Position numbers and translations under genes: made by a program. Under the pieces are notes generated by a model. The model made no database searches. It saw only the letters and a list, made by a program, of their open reading frames with translations, and had not been told where the DNA came from. Of a DNA stretch of 64,000 nucleotides, positions 25,601 through 36,898 are shown one piece after another. Each line of letters opens with the position of its first letter. Position 1 is the first letter of the stretch. This stretch comes from Owenia fusiformis (taxonomy: Eukaryota): assembly GCA_903813345.2 (NCBI GenBank), contig CAIIXF020000001.1:26474001-26538000 (forward strand). Direction: 5' to 3'.

Positions 25601-28600
25601 TATTCCTTTACATTCTTGGACTTAGATTATTTTACGATCTATAGAAGTGAAATTTTATGGCATGCATTTTGAAAAAGCTTTACATTGGCCATTTTCCTTT
25701 ACATTCTTGGACTTAGATTATTTTACGATCTATAGAAGTGAAATTTTATGGCATGCATTTTCAAAAAGCTTTACATTGGCAAAATACCATTACATTCTTG
25801 GACTTAGAATATTTCACGAAGCAAAGTTGTGAACTTTTTATGCAGGCATTTTCAAAAAGCTTTACATTGGCAAAATTCCATTACATTCTTGGACTTAGAT
25901 TATTTTGTGATTGAAAGTTGTGAACTTGATAGCATGCATTTTCAAAAAGCTTTACATTGGCCATATTCCTTTACATTCTTGGACTTAGATTATTTTACGA
26001 TCTATAGAAGTGAAATTTTACAGCATGCATTTTCAAAAAGCTTTACATTGGCCATATTCCTTTACATTCTTGGACTTAGATTATTTTACGATCTATAGAA
26101 GTGAAATTTTACAGCATGCATTTTTAAAAAGCTTTACATTGGCCATATTCCTTTACATTCTTGGACTTAGATTATTTTACGATGTAAACCTCGACTTATG
26201 TTCTTTTACATGTACCTACATGTATGTGTACTTCTGAGTAATTTGAAATTAACAATCAAATCAACAAATATTCACATATCATATAAGCAGATGTCAGGCG
26301 AAATTACAATAAGATATTCTGATCGATAGAGTATTTGGTTATAAAACCGGAAGTGTTTTCTCTGAGGTCGGCGCGTCAAATTCAATACATGTATTCTACT
26401 TTGGATATAAGTATTGGCCGGTGCATCCTCTCGATTAATATCTATCATTGGGTGCTTTCAACACCATATTTTTCTAATGTTATCGCAAAATAGTCCATAA
26501 AATGAAGGAAATGTTTCAAAGTTAAGAATTTTGATCGGCATTTACCAAAAGAGCTTCTGCGCATGAGTTCTGCGCATGTCAAAAGCCCATCAAACTTTCT
26601 CATTTCTTTTAACATTTCTTGCCTTTTACACGACTTTCCCACCTGGAATCATGATCTATCATCAAATTGAAAATATAAGGTACAACTTTAGATCGATTTT
26701 CAACCATCTCTTGTGAAAGTATTTAAGATGATCGGGGAAAACAATCCCGTCTATTTGAGGGGCTCTGTTGGGAATTTCTTCAATCACTATCTGTACTATT
26801 GTCTATGCAAGTTCATTTCTTTATATTAGCGATCTTTACTGTATTCTCTCCAATGACATATGGTTTTTACAATTCTACATGTACTGTACGTCGTGAAAGA
26901 ACAGAATCCAAGAAATACCAAATAATCTATAAGTTAAAATAAGTAAAGGAAAGGGGACACTGTAAAGCGTGGAAATACATGTACAGCTTTCTATGAGAGT
27001 TCACAACTAAATCATAAAATGAGGTAAGTCCAGGAATGTAAAGGAATTTGGCCAATGTAAAGTTTTTTGAAAATACATAACATAATAGTTTACAACTTTA
27101 AATCTTGAAATAATCTAAGTCCAAAAATGTAATGGAATATGGCCAATGTAAAGCTTTTTGAAAATGGATGCCATAAAATTTCACTTCTATAGATCGTAAA
27201 ATATTCCAAGTCCAAGAATGTAAAGGAATATGGCCAATGTAAAGCTTTTTGAAAATGCCTGCTATAAAAGTTCACAAGTTTACATCGTAAAATAATCTAA
27301 GTCCAAGAATGTAATGGAATATGGCCAATGTAAAGCTTTTTGAAAATGCATGCTATAAAAGTTCACAAATTTCAATCGCAAAATAATCTAAGTCTAAGAA
27401 TGTAATGGAATTTCGCCAATGTAAAGCTTATTGAAAATGCCTGCATAAAAAGTTCACTACTTTGCTTCATGAAATATTCTAAGTCCAAGAATGTAAAGGA
27501 ATATGGCCAATGTAAAGCTTTTTGAAAATACATGCCTTGAAATGAAATGCATTTTCAAAAAGCTTTACATTGGCCATTTTCCTTTACATTCTTGGACTAA
27601 GAATATTTTGCGATTGAAAGTTGTGAACTTTTATAGCATGCATTTTTAAAAAGCTTTACATTGGCCATTTTCCTTTACATTCTTGGACTTAAAATATTTT
27701 GCGATTGAAAGTTGTGAACTTTTATAGCATGCATTTTTAAAAAGCTTTACATTGGCCATTTTCCTTTACATTCTTGGACTTAGAATATTTTGCGATTGAA
27801 AGTTGTGAACTTTTATAGCATGCATTTTCAAAAACCTTTACATTGGCGATATTCCTTTACATTCTTGTACTTAGATTATTTACGATATATACTTGATAAC
27901 TTTCAAGGCATGTATTTTCAAAAAGCTTTACATTGGTCATATTCCTTTACATTCTTGGACTTAGATTATTTCACGAAGCAAAGTTGTGAACTTTTTATGC
28001 AGGCATTTTCAAAAAGCTTTACATTGGCGAAATTCCATTACATTCTTGGACTTAGATTATTTTGCGATTGAAAGTTATGACCTTTTATAGCATGCATTTT
28101 CAAAAAGCTTTACATTGGCCATATTCCTTTACATTCTTGGACTAAGATTATTTTATGATGTAAACTTGTGAACTTTTATAGCAGGCATTTTCAAAAAGCT
28201 TTACATTGGCTATATTCCTTTACATTCTTGGACTTCGAATATTTCACAATGCAAAGTTGTGAACTTTTAATGCAGGCTTTTTCAAAAAGCTTCACATTGG
28301 CCATTTTCCTTTACATTCTTGGACTTAGAATATTTCATGAAGCCAAAGTGTGAACTTTTTATGCAGGCATTTTCAAAAAGCTTTACATTGGCGAAATTCC
28401 ATTACATTCTTGGACTTACAGGTAGATTATTTTACGACCTTACGAGGTGAAATTTTACAACATGCAATTTTAAAAAGCTTAACATTGGCCATATTCCTTT
28501 ACATTCTTGGACTTCGGTTATTTTACGATCTATTAGAAGTGAAATTTTATGGCATGCATTTTCAAAAAGCTTTACATTGGCCATTTCCCTTTACATTCTT

Positions 28601-31600
28601 GGACTTAGAATATTTTACGATATATACTTGATAACTTTTAAGGCATGTATTTTCAAAAAGCTTTACATTGGCCATATTCCTTTACATTCTTGGACTTAGA
28701 ATATTTCACGAAACAAAGTTGTGAACTCTTAATGCAGGCATTTTCAAAAAGCTTTACATTGGCGAAATTCCATTACATTCTTGGACTTAGATTATTTTGC
28801 AATTGAAAGTTGTGAACTTTTATAGCATGCATTTTCAAAAAGCTTTACATTGGCCATATTCCTTTACATTCTTGGACTTCGGTTATTTTACGATCTATTA
28901 GAAGTGAAATTTTATGGCATGCATTTTCAAAAAGCTTTACATTGGCCATTTTCCTTTACATTCTTGGACTTAGAATATTTTACGATATATACTTGATAAC
29001 TTTTAAGGCATGTATTTTCAAAAAGCTTTACATTGGCCATATTCCTTTACATTCTTGGACTTAGAATATTTCACGAAACAAAGTTGTGAACTCTTAATGC
29101 AGGCATTTTCAAAAAGCTTTACATTGGCGAAATTCCATTACATTCTTGGACTTAGATTATTTTGCAATTGAAAGTTGTGAACTTTTATAGCATGCATTTT
29201 CAAAAAGCTTTACATTGGCCATATTCCTTTACATTCTTGGACTTATATTATTTTACGATCTATAGAAGTGAAATTTTATGGCATGCATTTTGAAAAAGCT
29301 TTACATTGGCCATTTTCCTTTACATTCTTGGACTTAGATTATTTTACGATCTATAGAAGTGAAATTTTATGGCATGCATTTTCAAAAAGCTTTACATTGG
29401 CAAAATACCATTACATTCTTGGACTTAGAATATTTCACGAAGCAAAGTTGTGAACTTTTTATGCAGGCATTTTCAAAAAGCTTTACATTGGCAAAATTCC
29501 ATTACATTCTTGGACTTAGATTATTTTGTGATTGAAAGTTGTGAACTTAATAGCATGCATTTTCAAAAAGCTTTACATTGGCCATATTCCTTTACATTCT
29601 TGGACTTAGATTATTTTACGATCTATAGAAGTGAAATTTTACAGCATGCATTTTCAAAAAGCTTTACATTGGCCATATTCCTTTACATTCTTGGACTTAG
29701 ATTATTTTACGATCTATAGAAGTGAAATTTTACAGCATGCATTTTTAAAAAGCTTTACATTGGCCATATTCCTTTACATTCTTGGACTTAGATTATTTTA
29801 CGATGTAAACCTCGACTTATGTTCTTTTACATGTACCTACATGTATGTGTACTTCTGAGTAATTTGAAATTAACAATCAAATCAACAAATATTCACATAT
29901 CATATTAGCAGATGTCAGGCGAAATTACAATAAGATATTCTGATCGATAGAGTATTTGGTTATAAAACCGGAAGTGTTTTCTCTGAGGTCGGCGCGTCAA
30001 ATTCAATACATGTATTCTACTTTGGATATAAGTATTGGCCGGTGCATCCTCTCGATTAATATCTATCATTGGGTGCTTTCAACACCATATTTTTCTAATG
30101 TTATCGCAAAATAGTCCATAAAATGAAGGAAATGTTTCAAAGTTAAGAATTTTGATCGGCATTTACCAAAAGAGCTTCTGCGCATGAGTTCTGCGCATGT
30201 CAAAAGCCCATCAAACTTTCTCATTTCTTTTAACATTTCTTGCCTTTTACACGACTTTCCCACCTGGAATCATGATCTATCATCAAATTGAAAATATAAG
30301 GTACAACTTTAGATCGATTTTCAACCATCTCTTGTGAAAGTATTTAAGATGATCGGGGAAAACAATCCCGTCTATTTGAGGGGCTCTGTTGGGAATTTCT
30401 TCAATCACTATCTGTACTATTGTCTATGCAAGTTCATTTCTTTATATTAGCGATCTTTACTGTATTCTCTCCAATGACATATGGTTTTTACAATTCTACA
30501 TGTACTGTACGTCGTGAAAGAACAGAATCCAAGAAATACCAAATAATCTATAAGTTAAAATAAGTAAAGGAAAGGGGACACTGTAAAGCGTGGAAATACA
30601 TGTACAGCTTTCTATGAGAGTTCACAACTAAATCATAAAATGAGCTAAGTCCAGGAATGTAAAGGAATTTGGCCAATGTAAAGTTTTTTGAAAATACATA
30701 ACATAATAGTTTACAACTTTAAATCTTGAAATAATCTAAGTCCAAAAATGTAATGGAATATGGCCAATGTAAAGCTTTTTGAAAATGGATGCCATAAAAT
30801 TTCACTTCTATAGATCGTAAAATATTCCAAGTCCAAGAATGTAAAGGAATATGGCCAATGTAAAGCTTTTTGAAAATGCCTGCTATAAAAGTTCACAAGT
30901 TTACATCGTAAAATAATCTAAGTCCAAGAATGTAATGGAATATGGCCAATGTAAAGCTTTTTGAAAATGCATGCTATAAAAGTTCACAAATTTCAATCGC
31001 AAAATAATCTAAGTCTAAGAATGTAATGGAATTTCGCCAATGTAAAGCTTATTGAAAATGCCTGCATAAAAAGTTCACTACTTTGCTTCATGAAATATTC
31101 TAAGTCCAAGAATGTAAAGGAATATGGTCAATGTAAAGCTTTTTGAAAATACATGCCTTGAAAGTTATCAAGTATATATCGTAAAATAATGTAAGTCCAA
31201 GAATGTAAAGAAATATCGCCAATGTAAAGGTTTCTGAAAATGCATGCTATAAAAGTTCACAACTTTCAATCGGAAAATATTCTAAGTCCAAGAATGTAAA
31301 GGAAAATGGCCAATGTAAAGCTTTTTGAAAATGCATGCCATAAAATTTCACTTCTATAGATCTTAAAATAATCTAAGTCCAAGAATGTAAAGGAATATGG
31401 CCAATGTAAAGCTTTTTAAAAATGCATGCTGTAAAATTTCACAGCTTTCAGTCGCAAAATAATCTAAGTCCAAGAAAGTAATGGAATTTCGCCAATGTAA
31501 AGCTTTTTGAAAATGCCTGCAAAAAAAGTTCACAACTTTGCTTCGTGAAATATTCTAAGTCCAAGAATGTAAAGGAATATGGCCAATGTAAAGCTTTTTG

Positions 31601-34092
31601 AAAATACATGCCTTAAAAGTTATCAAGTATATATCGTAAAATATTCTAAGTCCAAGAATGTAAAGGAAAATGGCCAATGTAAAGCTTTTTGAAAATGCAT
31701 GCCATAAAATTTCACTTCTATAGATCGTAAAATAATCTAAGTCCAAGAATGTAAAGGAATATGGCCAATGTAAAGCTTTTTGAAATTGCTATAAAAGTTC
31801 ACAACTTTCAATCGCAAAATAATCTAAGTCCAAGAATGTAATGGAATTTCGCCCATGTAAAGCTTTTTGAAAATGCCTGCATAAAAAGTTCACACTTTGC
31901 TTCGTGAAATATTCTAAGTCCAAGAATGTAAAGGAATATGGCCAATGTAAAGCTTTTTGAAAATGCCTGCATAAAAAGTTCATGACTTTGGTTCGTGAAA
32001 TATTCTAAGTCCAAGAATGTAAAGGAAAATGGCCAATGTAAAGCTTTTTGAAAATACATGCCTTAAAAGTTATCATGTACATTTATAAATCGTAAAATAA
32101 TCTAAGTCCAATAATGTAAAGGAAAATGGCCAATGTAAAGCTTTTTGAAAATGAAAAAATTTCACTTCTATAGATCGTAAAATAATCTAAGTCCAAGAAT
32201 GTAAAGGAATATGGCCAATGTAAAGCTTTTTGAAAATGCATGCTATAAAAGTTCACAACTTTCAATCGCAAAATAATCTAAGTCCAAGAATGTAATGGAA
32301 TTTCACCCATGTAAAGCTTTTTGAAAATGCCTGCATAAAAAGTTCACACTTTGCTTCGTGAAATATTCTAAGTCCAAGAATGTAAAGGAATATGGCCAAT
32401 GTAAAGCTTTTTGAAAATGCCTGCATAAAAAGTTCATGACTTTGGTTCGTGAAATATTCTAAGTCCAAGAATGTAAAGGAAAATGGCCAATGTAAAGCTT
32501 TTTGAAAATACATGCCTTAAAAGTTTTCATGTACATTTATAAATCGTAAAATAATCTAAGTCCAATAATGTAAAGGAAAATGGCCAATGTAAAGCTTTTT
32601 GAAAATGAATGCCATAAAATTTCACTTCTATAGATCGTAAAATAATCTAAGTCCGAGAATGTAAAGAAATATGGCCAATGTAAAGCTTTTTAAAAATGCA
32701 TGCTGTAAAATTTCACTTCTATAGATCGTAAAATAATCTAAGTCCAAGAATGTAAAGGAATATGGCCAATGTAAAGCTTTTTGAAAATCCATGCTGTAAA
32801 ATTTCACTTCTATAGATCGTAAAATAATCTAAGTCCAAGAATGTAAAGGAATATGGCCAATGTAAAGCTTTTTGAAAATCCATGCCATAAAAGTTCACAA
32901 CTTTCAATCGCAAAATAATCTAAGTCCAAGAATGTAATGGAATTTCGCCAATGTAAAGCTTTTTGAAAATACATGCCTTAAAAGTTTAAAAGTTCATTAA
33001 GTGGGATGTTTTTAAATTTCTCAACTCGTCATTGTAAAGAAAAAAAGCTTTACTTCAAAATGACATAAATTTTTGTCCCTAAATCTTGACACTGATGCAA
33101 CCATAACCTCTAACCAATCATAGACCTGTGTCTCATTTTTGTGTTAATGCCTTTATGTAGATATTTACTCCATGTTTATATTCAAACATTTTCTCTACAT
33201 CTTTGGCCGACTAGACATAGAATATTTCAAAACATTATTTTTCTTACCATCTCACAATAGCATCTTGTATGCTGTTGGTTAGAGCATGTCCAAGATGTAA
33301 ACTTCCTGTTATGTTTGGAGGAGGGAGGCACATGACGAACTTTGCATTCTCATCATTTATCTACAAAACCAATATTAAAGTTTGTTGTTCTGGTAAAAAA
33401 CAATTAAGAATTTCTTATTATGAAAAATTGATTTAACATGTGGATAAAGCAGACACTATCAGATTAATTCCTCTGAATGCTAATATTGGAGATGGAGATG
33501 AAGTAGATGGATAAAAGTATCCTCGATTATAAATTATCATAAATTGTGAACAAGATCTAAAGTGACTGATCCTATACTAAACAGGTTTAATACTGTTAAG
33601 TGTTATGATTGGTTGATACAGTGAATGGAATATCAGATCCTAAAAACAGCATGTAATAATTATAAATACTAAATACTAAATGTATGAAGCAAAATCATTT
33701 ATACAAAAAACTGTGACATCTAGGAGGTTGAGATACATGTATTGCTGTATATTCCTTTAGTAAGTAATTACCTGAGGTTTTGGCTTGAAGTAGCCTTGAC
33801 TCTCCCACCATTCGTACCAACCAGACTCAACTTGTTTAGGATCTGGGGTTTGAGACAGTGGTTTGGATGTATCTGAAATATAAGCATCATTCACATTACG
33901 ATCACTAATTACAATGTACAACACCTCTCTTAGGCTCATGTGAGCCAGATAGCCTATACAATCATGTTATCTAATTATCTGAAGAGACTTTCTCTCTTTA
34001 ATAACTATACAGTATGTACTATATTTACCTTTCTTTTCCACGTACAATGGTGAAGATGCTGAGATGAACCGCTGTGCGCTAACAAGTAAATC
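4663..34092 (-). CDS. VARS2: Valyl-tRNA synthetase, mitochondrial type; multi-exon, 3'-partial (continues left of the window), first exon uncertain
   Basis: Hand-spliced GT-AG exons with consistent phases: 34092-34029, 33872-33772, 33360-33248, 22016-21852, 21720-21639, 21339-21220, 20642-20531, 19126-18950, 18777-18653, 15182-15079, 14872-14714, 14500-14428, 14066-13961, 6220-6150, 5656-5531, 4767-4663 (1803 nt, 601 aa). Motifs: [13 protein letters not shown] (HIGH), [94 protein letters not shown]. The short N-terminus containing [10 protein letters not shown] resembles a mitochondrial presequence cleavage site, so the mitochondrial assignment is an inference. Confidence 0.93.
6794..6833 (+). 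other. Probable 5' UTR exon of the TLR gene
   Basis: tttccttttaaacag acceptor and AAG|gtaagt donor; the next acceptor (ttacattgcag) lies 19 nt before the TLR ATG at 7032. Confidence 0.5.
7170..8451 (-). mobile_element. HINE/DINE-1-like element inserted in the TLR coding region
   Basis: Left end aacaaggcattaacatgacaaaatgtcaccacc; right end atgtcaccacttttggtggtgacat (subterminal inverted repeat plus hairpin); 7-bp microsatellite (cgccgga/cgccaac) at 8359-8400; about 8 internal 135-150 bp tandem units; inserted in an A/T run with no TSD. Confidence 0.8.
8678..10519 (+). CDS. Uninterrupted LRR-TM-TIR portion of the Toll-like receptor
   Basis: Single open frame of over 600 codons with LRR, LRRCT, TM and TIR motifs, ending TGA at 10517-10519. 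Confidence 0.85.
   Translation, partial: NKFENLSSVFLRNCSILQIETGAFKSNSLQTLNNITINIELNPIRYIEPGTFDLSKSWRQLLLRQNENLGTENIQTVFNDLQNKTVETLEIKTCGIFLRELDKSFFEPLRYSSIKRLNMAGNSFGIVASDAFEPLAASLDTLVLWNFMYIRKDTFKVCRHLRNLNLGGFTVTASPDARPLHLNNLTQLKILNINLKGSGYVILDIYGLDNLYELHVTNTYDSGIMRTVIKLLDTSKLLKQLDLSGNSLFTYPDNKLCQLSEDRVNLNFLSLKNNFFSHIPRCMFKGLYNLQNLNLRNNLLRILERDLFKDLHSLSMLDLSQNAITFIDSSNVEIMTPYQGHVILYVQNNNFDCNCQLKDLRNWLTMNLMQKRYIFKYVHVNCSTPSNRQTEYIHNFTMTWLECNTKLVVEVSSISGSLILLVTVVALVLLKHFWKDIEYRKMVILARKHEQDLNIDGLLIEHDAFVSYHSEKQLWVENDLCKELENGLDIKFKLIYDDRIMPGGSLFTSLGMAIHTSRKILFVVSRGWVKDGMNQFEVDMALAKLLDDYRDMIIVLLMEHIPKAEMPDKVKMIIKHNNCFRWSNNEKKQAKFWRDLKLELGKHHFEIPIQEAD
11603..11683. mobile_element. ~80-bp hairpin MITE (PIF/Harbinger-like ends)
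   Basis: taaagctaagttcacacc.atggcgctttg ... caaagcgccgatggtgtgaacttagcttta inverted arms in a TWA context. Confidence 0.6.
11801..11918 (+). promoter_or_regulatory. Core promoter of the PLA2-like gene
   Basis: GC box (cccgcccc, 11801-11808), CCAAT (11813-11817), TATAA (11886-11890) and Inr-like TCATTT with its A at 11915, 29 nt after the first T of TATA; ATG at 11982. Confidence 0.6.
11982..13249 (+). CDS. Secreted, cysteine-rich phospholipase A2-like protein, 178 aa, 3 exons, nested antisense in a VARS2 intron
   Basis: Exons 11982-12035 ([18 protein letters not shown], donor gtaagt), 12265-12383 ([22 protein letters not shown]...EKCR, donor gtaaaa) and 12886-13249 ([19 protein letters not shown]...NIN*); phases 0 and 2 match. 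Signal peptide, RSKR furin-type site, calcium-loop-like HGKWCG and the sPLA2 catalytic motif PxDxLDxxCxxHDxC are present. Confidence 0.85.
13298..13621. mobile_element. Tc1/mariner-type MITE (TA TSD) carrying a nested hAT-like MITE
   Basis: ta|cagcaaaacct ... aggttttactg|ta termini; related gtgttccactt-containing fragments near 6604-6705 and 43710-43812. Confidence 0.55.
13346..13543. mobile_element. MITE with CAGG...CCTG TIRs and 5-bp TSD (TTCCA)
   Basis: TIR caggcccgtagccagg / cctggctacgggcctg; ttcca on both sides. Confidence 0.88.
16160..16914. mobile_element. 755-bp palindromic MITE with TTAA TSD (Kolobok-like GG...CC termini)
   Basis: ttaa|ggtgctatggaagttaacaggaaatgac ... gtcatttcctgttaagttccatagcacc|ttaa; arms of about 320 bp. 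Confidence 0.85.
19880..20460. mobile_element. MITE with ~25-bp TIRs (Harbinger-like)
   Basis: ctatcacaccaaactagttct ... agaactagtttggtgtgatag, flanked by TA/TWA. Confidence 0.7.
20884..21095. mobile_element. Second copy of the CAGG MITE, 5-bp TSD (AATGT)
   Basis: Same TIRs and internal sequence as 13346-13543; aatgt on both sides. Confidence 0.88.
22030..23037. mobile_element. 1008-bp near-perfect palindromic MITE with TAA TSD
   Basis: taa|ccacggggtaccatcgaataattttggcaacg ... cgttgccaaaattattcgatggtaccccgtgg|taa; arms about 480 bp; mirrored ORFs at 22017-22220 (-) and 22847-23047 (+). Confidence 0.92.
23275..33096. mobile_element. 9.8-kb foldback-type element whose arms are arrays of a ~91-bp satellite, with an internal duplication
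   Basis: Outer inverted termini tgtcaagatttagggacaaaaaattatgtca (23281) / tgacataaatttttgtccctaaatcttgaca (to 33091). The 9-mer gcaaccata occurs at 23266-23274 and 33097-33105. Satellite orientation: forward 23380-26190, reverse 27000-27540, forward 27545-29810, reverse 30620-33000. Confidence 0.82.
23380..33000. repeat. ~91-bp satellite arrays in alternating orientation
   Basis: Core gcattttcaaaaagctttacattggccatattcctttacattcttggacttaga recurs every 90-91 bp; it accounts for all the FQKALHW ORFs. Confidence 0.95.
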
Positions 34093-34271
34093 CTGAAATG
34101 TAAATACAATTTTTCAAAATAATTTTTGTGACAATTTGAACTGGGAAATGCTATTTTCTAGATAAGATTGTCATTCTGATTCAAGGAAAACTGACATACA
34201 GTTAGATCAGACAACCACAGGTCCGCGAAGCATTGACACGGTTTTACTGTAAACATGCGGTTTTATCTAAC

Positions 34272-34364
34272 CTCAGCTGCAGTAAGAATCTTAAATCGTA
34301 GATTCAAAAATGTTTCGAAAAATAAATTGCAAGTCTGATTGGTGGTATTTGTCAACAAGAGCAT
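34272..34364 (-). CDS. Candidate first coding exon of the VARS2-like gene
   Basis: ATG at 34364, 31 open codons (MLLLTNTTNQTCNLFFETFLNLRFKILTAAE), then GAG|gttaga in phase 0, matching the phase-0 acceptor at 34092. A further upstream exon ending at a gtatgt donor near 34497 is also possible. Confidence 0.35.
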
Positions 34365-34774
34365 AAATTTTAAGAAAATAGGTATGGTGAAGAAGATATT
34401 TGCCGAACTACTTACTAATAGCTCGGGAAAGGTAAAATGACTCCCAAATTTCCTCTATGGTCTTTATTGCCGCTTAATAGTTTTAATACACATACTTAAT
34501 TATGAACAACAGAGATGACAAACAACCGGCATGTGCCATAGGTATATCTTAGATGATCTGTGAAGGTGAACTGCCGAAACATTTGCCATTTGAATTTCAA
34601 AGTGTGCAAACTGCAAACAGGCTCCGACCCTGGCTCTCATTGGTTATATTTTGTCATAATGTAGCTAATTATTTGTAGCAACAATAGGAGATAGTTGCAT
34701 TAACTCATGAGTCTGGATGCAGTTTACACAGACCATGGGCTTTTCTCTTGAAAGCTTGAGCATTTTTTCACATG

Positions 34775-35777
34775 CTATCTATTGCAAGACTTACGCCTGC
34801 CACAACCGTCGCCATGTTAATCAGTGTTTTTTAAGTAGCGCAAGGATCCTGCCATGACCGTGGTAGTGTTATCGTGTAAGCCTGGCATAACCGTGGCAGG
34901 CTGGTATAACCGTGACAATGCTGTATGATATTGCAAGGCCTGTCATGACCCTGGAAGTGTTATCGTGGAAGCCTGGCGTGACCGTAGCCTTTATTGTGGT
35001 TTATAAGCGAATGTGAATATTAATGTATAGTAGTAATTTTTATTTTGACATGATTAAGGTAGTTAAACACCATGATCATATAGTATTAAACTGTTTAATT
35101 GGAATGACGATCACTTAAAATTGCTAAGGATATTCCTGGCATTAATGTCATACATATTTACTAATCATTGCAATACATTATAACGGTCATAGTAGGACTA
35201 AGCCTAAATTTCTACATTACCACCATCATACCTGGCCTTGCAATACTATATTACATTGTCATGGTCATACCAGGCTTTGTGATCCCATTATACATCGTCA
35301 CATTCATGCCAGGTTTTGAAATACACATTGTCACGGTCACTTATAGCACGGACCTGAAGTGTTCACTGTGATAGATATTAAAGTCCGTGCTTATAGCAAT
35401 CATATATTTCTACATTACCACTCTCATACCCGAACTTGCAATACTATATTACATTGTCTCGGTCATGTCAGGCCTTGCATAATTATATAACATTGTCACT
35501 GTCATGCCAGGCCTTGCAGTTCTACAGTATATTACATTGCCACAGTCATGCCAGGCCTTGCAGTACTATATTACATTGTCACGGTCATGCCAAGCCTTGC
35601 AGAACTATATTACATTGTCACGGTCATGGCAGGCATTGCAATATAATACAGCATTGTCGCGGTTATACCAGGCTTTCACGGTAACATTGCCACGGTCATG
35701 ACAGGATCCTTGCGCTACTTAAAAACACTGAATAACATGGCGACGGTTACACCAGGCGTTAGTCTTGCAACAGATAG
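34775..35777. mobile_element. Foldback/MITE with ~130-bp inverted arms and internal ~45-bp tandem units, just upstream of VARS2
   Basis: ctatctattgcaagacttacgcctg...taagtagcgcaaggatcctg versus caggatccttgcgctactta...caggcgttagtcttgcaacagatag; repeats of attacattgtcacggtcatgccaggccttgca at 35215-35660. Confidence 0.75.
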
Positions 35778-36738
35778 GGTCTCCATTTTTTTAAAAGTTT
35801 GAAAAAGTTACCGCAGAAAGAAGTTAGCATTATGGCGATCCGTGTTAGGAACAAATCAATAAATGCTACTAAAAAGCTAAAACATATAACTCACCGTCTC
35901 CTGGTTACCAAATGATCCCCTAAATATTGTAGATTTGTACGTTTTAAGGCCAAAAAGGCGATAAAATATTTTGCTTTTGCTCCATGACATATTGACTTCC
36001 GGTTAACACTGAACGAAAAATAATTTGAGATAGTAAGCTTCCCCGGGATTTCATTTGACAAATAAAAATGAGATACAATCCTCTGACCATAGGGGTCCAA
36101 CATCCAGAATGTATTCTTTCCCGAACGAGTTCTATAGCCTTCGGAGGATGCTGAGATACAATTAGCTATCTAAATCTTGTTGGTTGTACGTAAAGGTGCA
36201 ACAAGTAGTGGAGAGGTGCCATTCAACGATCCTGGACCAGTGTCAAAATACGGGCTTTCAATCTTTCGAATGCCCATGTATTTACTAAGTTTGGATATTT
36301 CACCAAGACTAACATATATTTTTATTATCTCAAAAAACCTAAATGAACATTATTTCAGCTAATATTCCGGCCTTTAAACATGGTGGATCCTAGAAATCTA
36401 TAAGTGGGACTCCCTTTATAGAAGCTTTGAACTGAATTTACACTTCTTAGTGCTGAAATTGATAGTTTATCCATACATTTTAAGAAAATAGACATGTCAA
36501 AGATTTTAAGCAAAATGTTGCCCCGATAGCTCAGAAAAAGTAAAAAATTCCAATTATCTCTCTACAGGCTAATGTTTCCCCTTTAAAACACGAACATAGG
36601 GATTGGGATGGGTGATCTACTTCAGTCAGATTTAAATTAACATTTTTTTCCCCCATATCCGTTCACAGAAGCATTTAAAAATATGGAGCCTTAGGAGGCA
36701 TCAGTGAGTAGTAGAGGACAGTTATAAAAAACAACCCC

Positions 36739-36898
36739 AATGTTCTGTTTAAGAACCCATATTCTTACTATTGAAAATGGATTCTAGCAACTAGAACTCA
36801 AGTAGATAGAATCTCAACAGGTAGATTCACGTTGGGGAGTATTGCTAGAATCCATTTTCAATATTATGAATACGGTAGGTGTTCTTGAACAGGACATT
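36739..36898. mobile_element. ~160-bp hairpin MITE
   Basis: attgaaaatggattctagcaa / ttgctagaatccattttcaat inner arms and aatgttctgtttaagaac / gttcttgaacaggacatt outer arms. Confidence 0.6.

Noticed and set aside
23435-32913. Many short FQKALHW / [11 protein letters not shown] ORFs
   Set aside because: Translations of the 91-bp satellite on both strands; the unit length is not a multiple of 3.
23380-33000. CRISPR-like alternation of constant and variable segments
   Set aside because: Variable segments are related to one another and reused many times, the core is ~60 bp, the context is a eukaryotic intron and no cas genes are present; it is a satellite.
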